A DNA stretch of 59,171 nucleotides, filler included, from Platydemus manokwari (Eukaryota), in NCBI GenBank assembly GCA_037951405.1. It is 5 parts of 5 records of this genome, joined end to end, with 100 filler letters (N's around TTAATTAATTAA, not from the genome) between each part and the next. Parts side by side here need not be neighbours in the genome. Positions count along the whole stretch, not along the records: positions 10,620 to 24,094 come from JBBMOY011713622.1; positions 24,195 to 35,233 come from JBBMOY010862200.1; 3 more parts are not named here. One strand, given 5' to 3'. The position numbers were made by a program, and so were the translations under genes. This document shows, piece by piece, positions 12,276 through 25,799 of this stretch; positions within the stretch are counted from its first letter, which is position 1, and every line of letters begins with the position of its first letter. A model generated the notes under the pieces. That model had not been told where the DNA came from. It did no database searches and saw only the letters and a list, made by a program, of their open reading frames with translations.

Positions 12276-14483
12276 ATGATTACACTGGAGGACGAAATGG
12301 TAGGACTAATATTAAAATAAATATTGATTTTAAAGTTTTAACCAAATTTAGGAAAATAAGGTATATCTTCATTGTTGAAAAAATTGAAAAATTTTAGTTA
12401 TTGATACGTTTAAATAGATACTCGAGCTTAATACCCAATTAAGTGAAACTTCCATCAACAAAGTTGAGATTTTTAATTTCAGTCACTATTTAATAATTTT
12501 TAATAGGAAGTTTCTTCTTCAATCGCTGATTATAAAGAACGAAAACTTAAAACATCTACAGTATCAATAATATTTAACATTTATTAATTATTCTCTTATG
12601 GTATTTTTAAATTGTTCTTCAGATAGATGTCAACGAAAATTGCCATGTTCCAATAAAAGTGATTTTAATTTTTCATTTCTGCTTTTTAATTCCAATTTAT
12701 ATTGAAATCCAGGAAAATCAAAACGCCAATGATTTTGTTGGAGTCGAAGTAACATAATTTTATTTCCAATGGTAAATCTTAATAATATTTTCATTATAGA
12801 ATGATGAATCGGAAACTAGCAGAAAAATGGTAAGTTGTTTATAATATAATATTGATCTGAAATATGTTTAAAATTTAAAATAACAAATCAATTTTTATAA
12901 ATTAGTTTTCATCATTATTAATTAATTTTATTATAACGTGAATATATTTATCAAAAATTAATTTATACAAATGCATTATTGAACTATTTCTATGGTTATC
13001 TATTTAATTTCATTTCATCATCCATAGCTGGAAATAAATCTTCAGCTCCTTTAATCTGTTTCTTATTGTGAAAATTAAATCAAATCTTTCAGTGTTTATT
13101 TATCCATTTCGTTATTAATTTGATATGAAAGTGTTAAATCGTTTTTTAACGTTGTTATGAATGACTAATAAATCTATTTTTAGAACATATCCACTTGTAT
13201 TTCATTGGTTGAAAAAATGGAATTCCATTTATGGTCACTGGTTTTATTAAAATTAACATAATAAATTACCGTTAAATCATACGTCACCAAAATCTTGGAA
13301 TTTATAATTGATAGATATTTAATACTGATATTATCATTAGAATATTTAGTGTGTATCAGAAAATTTTAATATTGTTATTACAAAATTAAGGGTTGATATT
13401 GATTATTATTATATAGTATCATTATCAGATCATTGATTTCTATATTGATATTGAAATTCTGAACCAAAATAAGCATATTATTATCTTGTTATTTATTTGG
13501 TGTGTTAAATGCAGGGATTTTATTCATCGAGAATTTGAAAACCTAATTTTCACCATTCTTGTCTTTATCATGAAATATGTTTCCATTTTCTGTATTTTCT
13601 CATCAGTGGTGTTTGAAACCTCTAAAGTCCATAATTCACATTTTATCGAATACTAAACCCATGAGCTTTATTTATCACTTGTGCGTATGTTGTGAACACC
13701 ATTGGTGATCGGTTCATAATAATACATTGGTTATATTTATCATTTGTACTTTATAAGTTAACATTAAGCCATGAATTATTGTTATTTGAAACGATAATTG
13801 TTTGTTTAACTCTATTCACTATAAATAGTTATTCAAATATTTCAATGGTATCCAAATCAACTATCTATTTATGAAAACTAAATCAACGTCATGTCGCATC
13901 AACAAAATTATTCACAATTTTGTATTTAAATAGGTTTTGAAATATTAATGATATACATTTTGAAATCATTATTTAATTATCAAGTAGTTACTATTAGCTA
14001 TTATAGGAAATGAACTTTCTAAAATGAACTTCACAAGTGTTATTTTATTAATAAATAGCCCCCGGATAATATTAAAATGTAGATTTGATTAGATATAATG
14101 ATCATGAAATAATTATTGAGATTGATCATTTGTTTTTATTGAAATCAAATTATTGATTAATTAATTATTCTGTCATTATTAGAATGATTGTCTAAAACAT
14201 TAATGTCAAATATTTATAACAAAACGTGGCTGATGAGGAAATAACAAATCTATGAAATTTATGGCCATTTAAGGGAATTTCTTATCATTAATAGTGCGAT
14301 TTATCCTAAAAATCTGCATGATTTAGATAAAGAAATTCTTGATAACAAACCTGACTTGATATAAATGATATTTGAACTCAAAGATTATGTTAATCATTTA
14401 CTCAACAAATACTTTTATATTCCAATTATGTAGAATATATTCAACAAGTTTCATCCACAATCTTGTTTATTTTAAATAAAAGC

Positions 14484-14516
<33 letters not shown>

Positions 14517-16315
14517 ATGTAGTGAATCTTGTAGTGAAAGTATATTAAAATATCTCATTGAAATAATTTTGTAACACTATCCAATCTGTATATGTTTGGA
14601 GAAAAGAAAAACAATTTTTAACTCATGTCATTTACATGTAATTCTCGCATGACGGGTGCTACTTATATTTATTTACATAGCATGAATCTAGTTTTATTCT
14701 AACAACGTAGCTAACATTTACAAAAGATAGAGATAATATTAAATAAAACTAATATTACAATTAATGCTATGTTGTCTGTTTGAGATTCGTTCTACAAATT
14801 CTGAAAAGTCCATTATATCTTCAAATAATAATTAATATATTTGATTATATTTCCACTAAAATAAATAATAAATCAAATAATTTTATCGTGGCTGAGATCC
14901 CACTAAATATAAACTAGATCGATCCGTTATATATATAACATTATCATGAACATAATATTTGAATTATTGTACTAGCCAGTTTCTTGGATCAGGTTTTGTA
15001 CCAATCTTTTGATCATTACATGTATAATAGAGCTTTTCTAATTTTAAAAATATCTAACAAGGAAAAGAAAAATTAATTTTTATTTATAAATTAATTATTT
15101 CAGACATCTAAAAGACTAAATTGTGAGATATTTTGCAATAATATGTTACAATAGACTTTACTTGTCACACACAAATGAAAGTTGCATTATTAAATGAACA
15201 TTGAAAATATGAAAAAATATTCATAAAAAAAATTCTTAGATGAAAATTATTGTAAAATTATTGACTGTAAATAATTTTTACTTTGAATTGTTTCGACTTC
15301 TATTTCACTTAAAAGTTTGAATTTTCGATTTATCTATTTGACTTTTATTCAAATGTTTTGAATAATAATAATAATAATACGAGAATATTAAACTTTTAGC
15401 CCACCTATTAACTGGTTTGGCTTATTTTTGATAAAATATTACATAGCTATAACATATTAATTTACTCTAGTTCCATCAAATTTAATAATTGTTATGAATT
15501 ATTGCGCACTTTATTACCAAATGAAATTTTTATCGATTATAGCAATATTCGAGCATCTAGACCAGTGTGTGTATGTGATTGTAATAATATAAATTCATCT
15601 TTGATATGAAAATTATTTTCAAAATAAATATTTGTATTAGTTTTAAATTTATTGGTATTTTATTATATTTATAGGTTGCTGAACTGAGTCACCGAATTGA
15701 AAGAATAGGTATTTTCATTTAATTAAATGCAATGGAATATGTGCTATTGCCGTCATAAAATTATTTACAAATTATTTGCAATATTTTCTGAACAATTAAC
15801 TATAATTTCATTTTCTTGTTTTCAAAATCCAAAAATAACTTGAATGCAATCAGCATTTTTCCATTGCATTCAAGTCTATTAATTTTTGGCATCTTGTTTA
15901 TAGAAAGAAAAAATTTGACCATTAATATTCAAAATAACTTTGCGCCAATGACTTTTATTGACTCGAAAAATAATAACATTAAAAAGAGTGATGTTCGAGG
16001 TATAAGCTTTGAATTTCAGGTTTTGACCTTTCATGCAATTTTGTAGATCCAGATGGTCTTGCATATTCCAAATCTAAAGTCAATAGCAATTGTCTTTTAA
16101 ATGCCGTATGTTGTGATAAAGATGTCCAGGCTAAGTGGACAGAAATCTGTGCAGAATTCTCTATTCCCGTGACTGGAAACCCACCAACCGACGACATATA
16201 TAATTTCCTGTATGATTGTCTTAAAATTCAATTGCAAAATACTTCAATAACTCGATTTAATTTTTTAAAGCAACTGTCCAAAGTTGTTGATGTTTCACAT
16301 CTGTATCAAATTTAA
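12276..16315 (+). CDS. Micro-exon-rich gene, unknown protein (charged N-terminus, possible death-domain-like C-terminus); central exons unresolved
   Basis: 5' exons 12276-12299, 12352-12360, 12418-12462, 12507-12560, 12623-12658, 12713-12748, 12800-12829 splice in frame via GT-AG introns of 44-62 nt. Tentative 3' chain 14976-14992, 15104-15122, 15400-15414, 15543-15568, 15675-15708 leads to a stop-free terminal exon 16020-16315 (GFDLSCNF...HLYQI*). Joining the 5' and 3' blocks into one gene is inferred. Confidence 0.6.
14484..14516. repeat. Compound (TA)n(TG)n microsatellite
   Basis: Directly visible. Confidence 0.95.
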
Positions 16316-16999
16316 TATATTTATTGAATTTATTTTTATAAGAAATTATTAATCAATATGTTTGAACATAGGATGATCATTATATATTTATCCAATATTA
16401 ATATGATTTACAGATTATTCTATATATTGCTTTTGTCTTAGATTTGACTTGAGTTCGCTTCATGGCCTCATGTGTAATCCACGTTAAATTATTATCACCT
16501 TTCACCTTTATATTATATGATGTTAATAAGGACGGAAACAGTAATACGTATCAGTTTCGGTTATTAATGCATCAGAAATATTTGGTTTATCTATGGAAAA
16601 GTTATGCTGACAATAAAAATCTTTTACTGTTATCTTGATTGATCAGGAAATTACCATTGCAGCCATTAATTATTATTACGGATAAATATGATTGAGCTTA
16701 CTTATCATTATGGTATTCTAATACGTTTGGAAATTTTTCTGTTCTATTATTTGTTTAGTACTAGATCCCACCCCAAATAGAAATAATAATTAATAGAAAA
16801 TTGTTATTTAAAATCAATTCAAAAATAGACCAAAATATTTATTTCGAAATAATAAAATGTCATATTATAACCACGAGATAAGAATAACTAAACTAAAAAC
16901 GTTCTTTAATTCCATCACAAAATTTATTAAAATTTGAAAAAGCACGTCATTCATAATATTTAAATAAATTGAATTTCCAATATTATCTAACTTCCCTCT

Positions 17000-18030
17000 C
17001 CAGTAGTTTTTGAAATCTTTTTCAACTACTCAATTCTTCGACATTTTGTCTGTCCATGGAAATTAAGAAGCACTTCATATGGGCTTTAAAATTTCAAAAT
17101 TCTGTGAGAACATTTGTAACGATCTCAGTTCTTCTTTATTTTGTGCGGTTCTTCTCTAAAACTAATTCTTTAACCTTGAAAATTCAACCTCTTCAGCATC
17201 ATATTTCTTTTAATTTGTAGCCATTGATTTAATGTTTCTTTGATGATTTGGTTCATTTAATCATAATCCATCCATATTAAGACATCGTCCAAACAAAACT
17301 TCAAAAGGAGAATGTTGAATTAAGCTTTGATATGTTGGATTGATTATAAATTCTATCCGAGGTATTAATTTATCCCAAGTCAGTTTCTCTGATTCCAACG
17401 TTGTTACCGCCATGTCTCGGACTGTCTTAATCATCCTTTCGGTCAAGACATTTGCTTGGTGTTGGTATGGGGTGGTAAATTCTGGCTTTATTTCGAAACG
17501 TATTGCTAGTTCCTTCATTTCCCTTGCTCGAAGACTATGTCCCGATCGGTGAGCATTGATTATGGATTACCATACCTATAGATCTAATTATCGATGATGG
17601 ACTTGGAAATTCTTGTCTAGTCTTGTCGAATAAGTGGCACTAAGCTTACTAGATCGAACTCCGATAATCCAGTGATATTTGTGTAATAATGCCCTATCCT
17701 TTGTCTCGGCGTTACATTGGCTTCCCACACCACTTGTCCTTCAATATTCAGTATTATTATATATATATTGGGTGTGGTTCCCCATTTAGGACAAATTCTA
17801 CCTTAATATCCATAAATATTATTCGGTTCCTCAGCTCCGTGGGAGTCAGATCTATATCCCGGACGTATGATATTTGTGTGTTATATCGGGTATATCGGGT
17901 TTCTTATATTTCGCCTGTTGTTGCTGTTTCCACTCACTATATGTTTTGATAGTACATGGAATTTTTTCGTCCTCGCTCTCTTCACTATCTGAATAGATCA
18001 CAAGACGTTCCATGCTATCCCAACAATATC
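17000..18030 (-). mobile_element. Gypsy/Ty3-type LTR retrotransposon remnant: integrase core plus an upstream short ORF
   Basis: ORF 17261-17518 FTTPYQHQANVLTERMIKTVRDM...WDKLIPRIEFIIN...SPFEVLFGR is the rve integrase C-terminal half (TTPYHPQxNGxxER; SPFxxxFGR). Upstream 18013-17852 encodes 53 aa (MERLVIYSDSEESEDEK...), copy 2 of the dispersed ORF. Confidence 0.85.
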
Positions 18031-18253
18031 AATGCATTATAAACAGTAAGTAAAAACCAAAAAACCAAATTCTTTTTTTCGAATAAGTAGACGCTAATGA
18101 TAAAATTTTCAAATCAATTTATTTATTGGATTTTAGAATTTTTCAATATTCATGATTGTTTCATCCCAATATAGTAGATGTTGAACTTGTTGTTAGGCTG
18201 CCCTGTGAATCCTAATTCTCACATTGACATGTTTTCAATGATAATCTTGTCAC

Positions 18254-18533
18254 CAGTGGTTTTCAACCTTTTTGCTGTAGAGGAGCCACACGTAAACATT
18301 CTTCTGGCTCTAGGAACCCAGGTGCAATAATGTAGCGAGTTGAATTATGTTAAATTTAGTATATTTAAACCAAAACTGATAATTAAATAAGACAAATGAT
18401 AATACAAATAATAATAAAATGGATTTTCGAAATTGAATTTAATGTTTTTTATTTGTTAGTTGTTCTAATTTAGAAATTTAGAAATTGCGGAAGCCCTGGA
18501 GTGTATTGGCGAAACACTAGTTGAAATCCACTG
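18254..18533. mobile_element. hAT-type MITE
   Basis: TIRs CAGTGGTTTTCAAC ... GTTGAAATCCACTG, typical hAT CAG..CTG ends; 8-bp TSD not conserved. Confidence 0.75.
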
Positions 18534-19759
18534 ACCTATTGTAACCTCTTGAGACAAACGGGTTAAAATCATTGAATATCTTAAATTAAAAAAATTCAAA
18601 TTCAGTCTTTATTTTCAAAGATAAAAATCAATAAGATTAAGATGGAAAATGATGTTATAAGATTTTATTAAATGAATTTCATGATTATTTAAATGTCTGA
18701 GAAATTCATGAGACAAATTATTATTTCAAATAATATTCACAGAACAATTTACTTCGTGCAGAACAAGATCAGAAAAATTAAGAAAAACATTCATGTAACA
18801 GAAAATAATTGTAAAATAAAACATTAATTTAACAAATAATGAGTTGTTACTGTCTGTCAAACGATTAGCTGGTTTTTAAAGTGTTTAGCTTTGAGCTGTT
18901 TATTATTTTCATTCACAAGCTCTGGTATTCAATTCCATCATTTGCTGATAATGTTTTCATTATCTTCTCATTGGATCGTTTTATACGAATTTAGCTGTAC
19001 ATGGATAAATTATTTATGAAATTTACATCAATAGCACTTTTAATTTCAACACTGTCCATTGAATTGGCCAATAAATTTGTCAAAGCTGATGTACGCACTC
19101 TTGTACATACTAAGAACCGGAACTTTTTGAGTGTTAAAAATCTTATTTCTTTCCAAAATGCTTATTTTTCATGTTACCATGCTCATGAATTTTAATTTTA
19201 TAATAATCCAATGACTATAAAAGAAAGTTCTTTTTGTGAAAAAAAAGTACATTAAAGTGCATCAAACATGATAAACATTCAACACAGTGTTTATCAGCTA
19301 TGTTTGTGGTCTTAAATACTATGAATATGATACTCGACATTGTTAAAGTAGACACTTTAAATTGTTTCATATAAATTTCGATAAAACAAATAAACATATT
19401 ACATTTTTCCGTCATTGTTATCGAATAAACAAATTAAGTATACACGTATGTATAATTTGTTTATATCTCTTTAAAATTTACCAATAAAAATTCCTTTAAA
19501 AATATTTTAAATATATAAATTAATTTTATAAAACTAAATGAAAGCACTACTTATTTTGCTGACAAAGTTAATTAAAATCCGACAGCTTTTAATTTAGTTG
19601 GTTTGATTTTGTTTCTAATTTTCTGAATAGCAGTTTCAAAAGTGCTTGATTTCTGCTGGATTTTTAATATTTAAATATATCTATTAGCATTGTTGGACAA
19701 AATCGTAATATGTAAATATTTCCGAAAATTTGCAAACAATTTAATTTAATTTAAAATAT

Positions 19760-20522
19760 AGGCTAAACGGGTCTTTGTTGAGTGTATTGCGAAAACCTAT
19801 ATGCCGTATTTACCCGACTATAAGGCGTACCCTAACTACGCGTTGAATGATTAATATATTAAATTAAATTAAAAATGCATAGCATGATTTAATGCTCTTC
19901 ATCATCAAAAATGTCAGATTCGCTTATATTAACACCATCACCATCTTTTTTTTTAATATTCCAGTCTTAAATCCTAATAATCTGTTTTAGTCGGAAAAAT
20001 ACGGTGGTTTATTTAATTATATTCTGTAAAAATATTTTGAATTTTTCATTTAAGCACCCCAGAAAAATTCTAAATACACTTAAGCGTCAAAATGTCAAAA
20101 AATTTAATTATTTGGAAATGTGGTCAAAGTAGGTCGAATTGCAATTTATCGAAAGTGGGAGACAAACTCTTTTTAAGCCTTAGACTCAAATTGAGAGATA
20201 TTCTAAACTTTTACAATTATTTTATAAAAATTAGCAATGATATTATTAAACGTGTTTGTAGGTTAACTAGCTCGATTTATAGTTAAAAAAAATTAAATTT
20301 AAAAACTCAAATAATCATATAGAAGTGTTGTTATTAGAATAGAAACTTGGATTTAAAACTATATTTTGTCCGTATTAGACACCCTAAAAAGTGAGATATT
20401 AACTGAATTTTACGATTAAGTCAAACGTCACAATTATATATAAAATTCATTTATAAAATCTCATGCGCGAAAATTCATTATTATTAAAGTAAGTCAAAGG
20501 ATCCATTTTCTGAATCTTAACT
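19760..20522. mobile_element. Non-autonomous DNA-transposon copy (same family as 42388-43367)
   Basis: Shared blocks GAGTGTATTGC.AAAA.CTATA, GGTCAAAGTAGGTC.AA and GTCAAAGGA.CC.TTT. Boundaries approximate. Confidence 0.6.
19804..20004. mobile_element. pogo/Tc2-type MITE nested in the element above
   Basis: TIRs CCGTATTTACCCGACTA ... TAGTCGGAAAAATACGG. The homologous host copy at ~42450 lacks the insertion. Confidence 0.8.
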
Positions 20523-21949
20523 ATTTATTGAAATAGTTTTATTCAATTAGTATTATAATCTATAATTTCTAACAACGAACACCCTTTTTAATAAATAATT
20601 TGGAAACTAAAAATGGACGAATTTGTTTAAATCAGTTACATGGTAAGGATTGAAAGAAAATTTATTTAATATTTTGAAGATATAATAAAATTGCAAGAAT
20701 ATATAGATTTCAGGAAGGAAAATAATTTTTATAAATATCATGACGAACACAGCACTGTTTTGCATAGACCGTGTTTCATCAAGCACGCTGACATAACGAG
20801 AACGATGTAGAAATAATTATCGAGTCAACTAATAAAGGTTTTTATTTCATCTAAAAGTCTTAAATTGTTTTGATAAGCACTAGAACTGTAAGAAATCATA
20901 TGTTAAATACAGGTGAAGTATCCAACAATGTCTTGAGAGAATATTTTAGGTATATATAACCTTATTAATGAAATATTGGAGAAGTATTTTATTTGAGATT
21001 GGCATATTTTAGTGTTGCAATATTAATATACATTGTAGAGAATTTTGTTTTTCAACAATATGCTGATATGATGCATGTATGCACACTTGTGCAAAGGAAT
21101 TTCATTTAAAAATATATTATTTTATTGAATTTTGCTCCCTAGTGTCAAAATTTATGGAATGGCTTGAGATGAGAAGCAAGATAATCGAAACTATCTAATT
21201 GAGCAGGACTGGATAAAGTAGTAATAGAAATATGGAAAACATGGACATAAAAAAAAATCGATAAATTGTTTTGTATTTAAATATGTTCTCAAACTGCAAT
21301 AAATACAATTCGTCATTTTGCCTTTTTTGAGGGTTTAAATTCTTGTAAAACTCTTGAAGATTTAAGAAAGGAGATTTTTATTAAAAAGAGTTTTGATAAT
21401 AAAAAACTTCATTGATTCGTGTACATTTTGTACAATCTTCAAAATATCGATTTTTCTCATCATTGTATTTATAGACTTATGTTTCCTTTTATTATTTTAT
21501 GATCATAAAATATGTTTCAAAGCAGCCCTTTAGATTGAATCTTTCACCAATTCATCAGCAAAACTAATTCATTTTTACTGATGACGAAATCATCAAAGGA
21601 TGAAAGCAAAGACCACCGTAGAGAAATCAACCATGATTTGCGATTTCCATAAAGTTAATTATTAAAACGATTTCAACTTCTTTTGCATCAAAATTCTTAT
21701 GCATCGTTTAAAATTCCATGTCGTTTAGTCTTCGTCTGGTTCTGTTTCCTTGGATGATTAAAAACGGACTAATCGAATAAAGACTAAATCGAAAAACAAT
21801 CAAAGGCTAATTTCAGCTTAATCAATAACTTGAGAGTGAAGAATTTTGTAAATCATAATCCAGTTATTTCTTCGAGATTTTTATTTAAAGAATTTATTCT
21901 AATAAGACCAATGATTCAAGCAAATGAACATTAAATGGTTTTGATAATT

Positions 21950-22163
21950 CTGAAAGACAAGGTCCACCATAATAGTTATATATAATTAAATTTTACAAAT
22001 ATATTAATAATCGTTGTAATCCACTACTATTTTAGAAGCCTTGAAAAAGAAATAAGAAGTCCGGACACTAAATTATGTCTTTAAATAGAGTTATATAAAC
22101 CAATTAATATTAATTTATATAAAATTAAATCTTTAAAATTTAACTCATTTAAAAATACTCTCA
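21950..22163 (-). mobile_element. LTR fragment of the 3.1-3.7 kb family
   Basis: CCACTACTATTTT...AAGTC..GACAC...CATTTAAAAATACTCTCA matches 3137-3300. Confidence 0.55.
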
Positions 22164-23930
22164 ATCGTTATTTAATAATGCCTTATTTATTGATTATCTA
22201 TTATAGATAATAAGAGCATTATCCTAAGCTGAGTGATTTATATTCGTAGCCACAACCTTTTCAAACAACCAATCAAGCAAGTTAAATATTTTCAGGCACA
22301 CCACAACCTGATCAAACACTAAGAAAAGATATATTTAACAGTTCCCACCCAACACTCGTCTGATAGTTGATATAATAATACAGGTTGTACAGAATTGTAC
22401 ACGACGAAATAAGGTTCACTTAAATAATTTTAATAAGTCAATAATTCGATCGATCATTGAGAATAAAATTCAATTTCGTAAATTAAACACAATTCGAAAT
22501 GATTTATTTTATTTTATTTTCAATCCCGGAATCACCCAATATGACTGTCTTGAAATATGGTTTGCAGACCTCTGAAAGAGAAAACGAGGAGAAAATCTTA
22601 ACATTACTTTTAAAATTCAATCGAATTATATGGGATATTATATTTTTGAAAATACTAAATTACATTGAGTTGTTATAAAGTGAATATGAAGTTAGACTAT
22701 TAAGGGAAATCGATAGATTTCATGTGTTTCGGGGTTGTTTGTTTATTTTAAATACCTTATCAGTCTCAATATTTTATATTTTATTACTATGAATCAATGC
22801 CGTCTTGACCAGTCTCAAATGAGTTCTGATCAACCCCAAGGTACAATCTATAAAACTTTAATTTACTATTAACTATCTTCACCTCGCGATATTTGATGAT
22901 AGCATGATCGGCAGCACTATTATATATTTTACTATCAGTCTTGAATTTAACTATCTTACAACGATACTATTTATTTTATCAAATTACCAATTATTGAAAT
23001 CAGCAATTTTTGATGCTATGCAAATATACACAAAATATAGAAGTTTGCTGTTTGAAAACTACAATATAAAACTATAAAATTACACGTAAACGATGACCCT
23101 ACAAATTCAGGAATAAGCTAAGGTTACAAATTTCAACTCGAGAAGGCGAACAAGTTACCTTAAGATGGTTTTTGACATACAACTCCATAGTAGAATAATA
23201 CGCGATACAATAAATAATATGTATTATGATTTTACAGAATTAATCCAACTCACTGATATTGAAATACTTGGGCTAGAATGATACTATGGCTGCAGACGAT
23301 CAGTACCAACTCGAACGTTGAAAGTTTTATGGCTAATATGATCGAAGATTCTTCAGAGTTCAAATGATGCTTACACAACCTAGGGCGAGTTGTGATGATT
23401 TCAACTTCTATTTATACTTTGTCTATGTCAGCGCATATAATAATTCTGATTATAATATATTTTGATACAATATTATAAATATCCCATATATTTATTAAAT
23501 ATTATGTTACAATAATTCTTTTCAAAGGTTCGTTTATTCCAGCCATTGTATTTATCAGTTTCTATATTTAGAAAATATTATTTTAAAATCACTAATATAA
23601 TTATTACACAATAGTATAAATTATTTATTCCTGAATTCATGAATACATGATTAAAAATTATCGCTACATTGCGATTTTTCACATAAATATTTGTTTTCCA
23701 ATTTATCCTTGCGGTAGATAAAATTGAATATCGATACAAAATTTACACTTAGATAAATTACGGCTAATTGATAGATTCAATTAGATTTTTCAAAAATTAA
23801 TACCATATAAATTAGAAATTACTACTTATATACATTTATAAAAAATTGTCATTGCCATTAATTGTCAATATTCACATTTGAAACTTTTCTTTTGAATTGA
23901 ATTTTGCGAAACCCCAACAATTGTATATGT

Positions 23931-24094
23931 CAGGGGTCTCCAAAGTACGGCCCGCCAAGCGTACTATGAAACACACGAACATTATGACAAAAACCTTGCT
24001 ACAGGTCACGGTTGTTAGATGAACATTTAAATGACTTATTAATGATTTCAACTACTCATTTTGAATCACAATTTTTGTAAACCTATCATAGTTT
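23931..24094 (+). mobile_element. hAT (Charlie-like) element terminus running into a gap
   Basis: CAGGGGTCTCCAAAGTACGGCCCGC is a characteristic hAT-Charlie terminal/subterminal sequence. Confidence 0.6.
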
Positions 24095-24194
24095 NNNNNN
24101 NNNNNNNNNNNNNNNNNNNNNNNNNNNNNNNNNNNNNNTTAATTAATTAANNNNNNNNNNNNNNNNNNNNNNNNNNNNNNNNNNNNNNNNNNNN
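24095..24194. other. Artificial assembly spacer
   Basis: 44 N + TTAATTAATTAA + 44 N. Confidence 0.97.
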
Positions 24195-25799
24195 AAACAA
24201 ATCAAACAATGTTGACTGATTTTGATAGCTTATGAATAGAGCTTCAAAATGACGTGTATGTTAATGATTTGTTACAGCACACACACAAGTGTTTACATCT
24301 GGTGTCAAATTCCGGTTATTAAGTTATGGACCCAATATAATTATATTCACTCAAATATTTTCAACTTATCTGGACCCCAAACAGATAAGAGATTGTTGTC
24401 GCTTGATCGTTCGGTTGGTATGATAAAAAACAATATTTAAATAAATTTGATAATAAAATAAAATATTGCGAACAAATGCAAAAATAGAACACGATAAAAT
24501 AAATTAATCAACAATTAATAATCTCAGTACAATGAATTTAAAATACTAAAGGCAGTGTTCGCTATTTCTGGAGCAAAGAGTGTAGTCAAGAAAACAGTAA
24601 AGGGCAAACTGCTTAGGTGCTCGGGTAACCCTCTTGTGACAAAAATGAAAGTGGGGAACTTTAAGTAGTGCTTATAAAATTCAGTAGACCACATGGCTAA
24701 AATTTGCTCGAGTTTTAATTAAAAAGTTAATAAATTTACTCATAATGTCTTCGTAAAATAAAATTCTACAGTAATCAAAATCTGCGGATCAAAATTGGCA
24801 TACAATAAAATTGAAATTGATATAAAATAGCTTCGGAATTGAGCTTTGTTGAATTGTAAAACTTTCCTACAATTTTCTAATGAGTCGTAATCGTAATTAG
24901 TCGAAGTGCGATGATTGCTTGTCGCTCTTTGCTTTTATACTATCTTGTGTATTATTATGAGTCATTCATCTTATTGCTATTTTTGGTATCATTCTAGGCT
25001 TAGTAGGATATGTCACTAATTTTAGCATATGTACAGCATATGTTACTATTTTTAGTTTTAGTGTCTATTTTTAGCAACTAATGTTGTTATTTCTGTTTTA
25101 CGTACATCATCAGTTCTATTTTTAGATTTCAATGCGGTTTTCTCTAATGACCTTACTGTTGATTAGTTTTTGTGCAGTAAAACAAATTTAAAATTTTTTT
25201 GGCATTGTTATTTTCCTAATTTGAGACTTATTTATGATGGGTTTTGGGGTTGTTTGGTTTTTTATATTTTATTTTATTTATATTTTGAGTTTTGGTTGTG
25301 CAATATCAGAGTCTTATCAGTCTCGAGGAGTTCTCATAACCTTAGGTATTAAACCAATTGTTTCTTATGATCTTTCTTCGCCTTGATCATGTCAATGATA
25401 TTGCTTTGAATTTTATCAGTCTCTTATTTTTATTGTTATTATTTGCCTCTTTACATCCTTCTAAAAAGGTGGCGAATTGACAATGAAATACTTCTGCTAA
25501 ACTATTGAAATGAAACTTATGATACTTGTCAAATTAAAAAGCCAACTGGTTTAAGTTTACTAAACCTTTATTATTACTAAATTATAAATAAAAATGGCTA
25601 CTTTTATACGATTTGGTGCGTTATAAATTACTACTTTTATGATTAGATACAACGATACTTTTATACACAAAAACGATAAGAGTTCAACACAATTCTGGAC
25701 AAAAGCTCCGGTTAACAATGCTCCCAAGAGGAGTAGAACCTTTTACTCAAGATGTTCGGGTTTAACCCTATAAATAGGAAGAATATACGATGTTGATGT

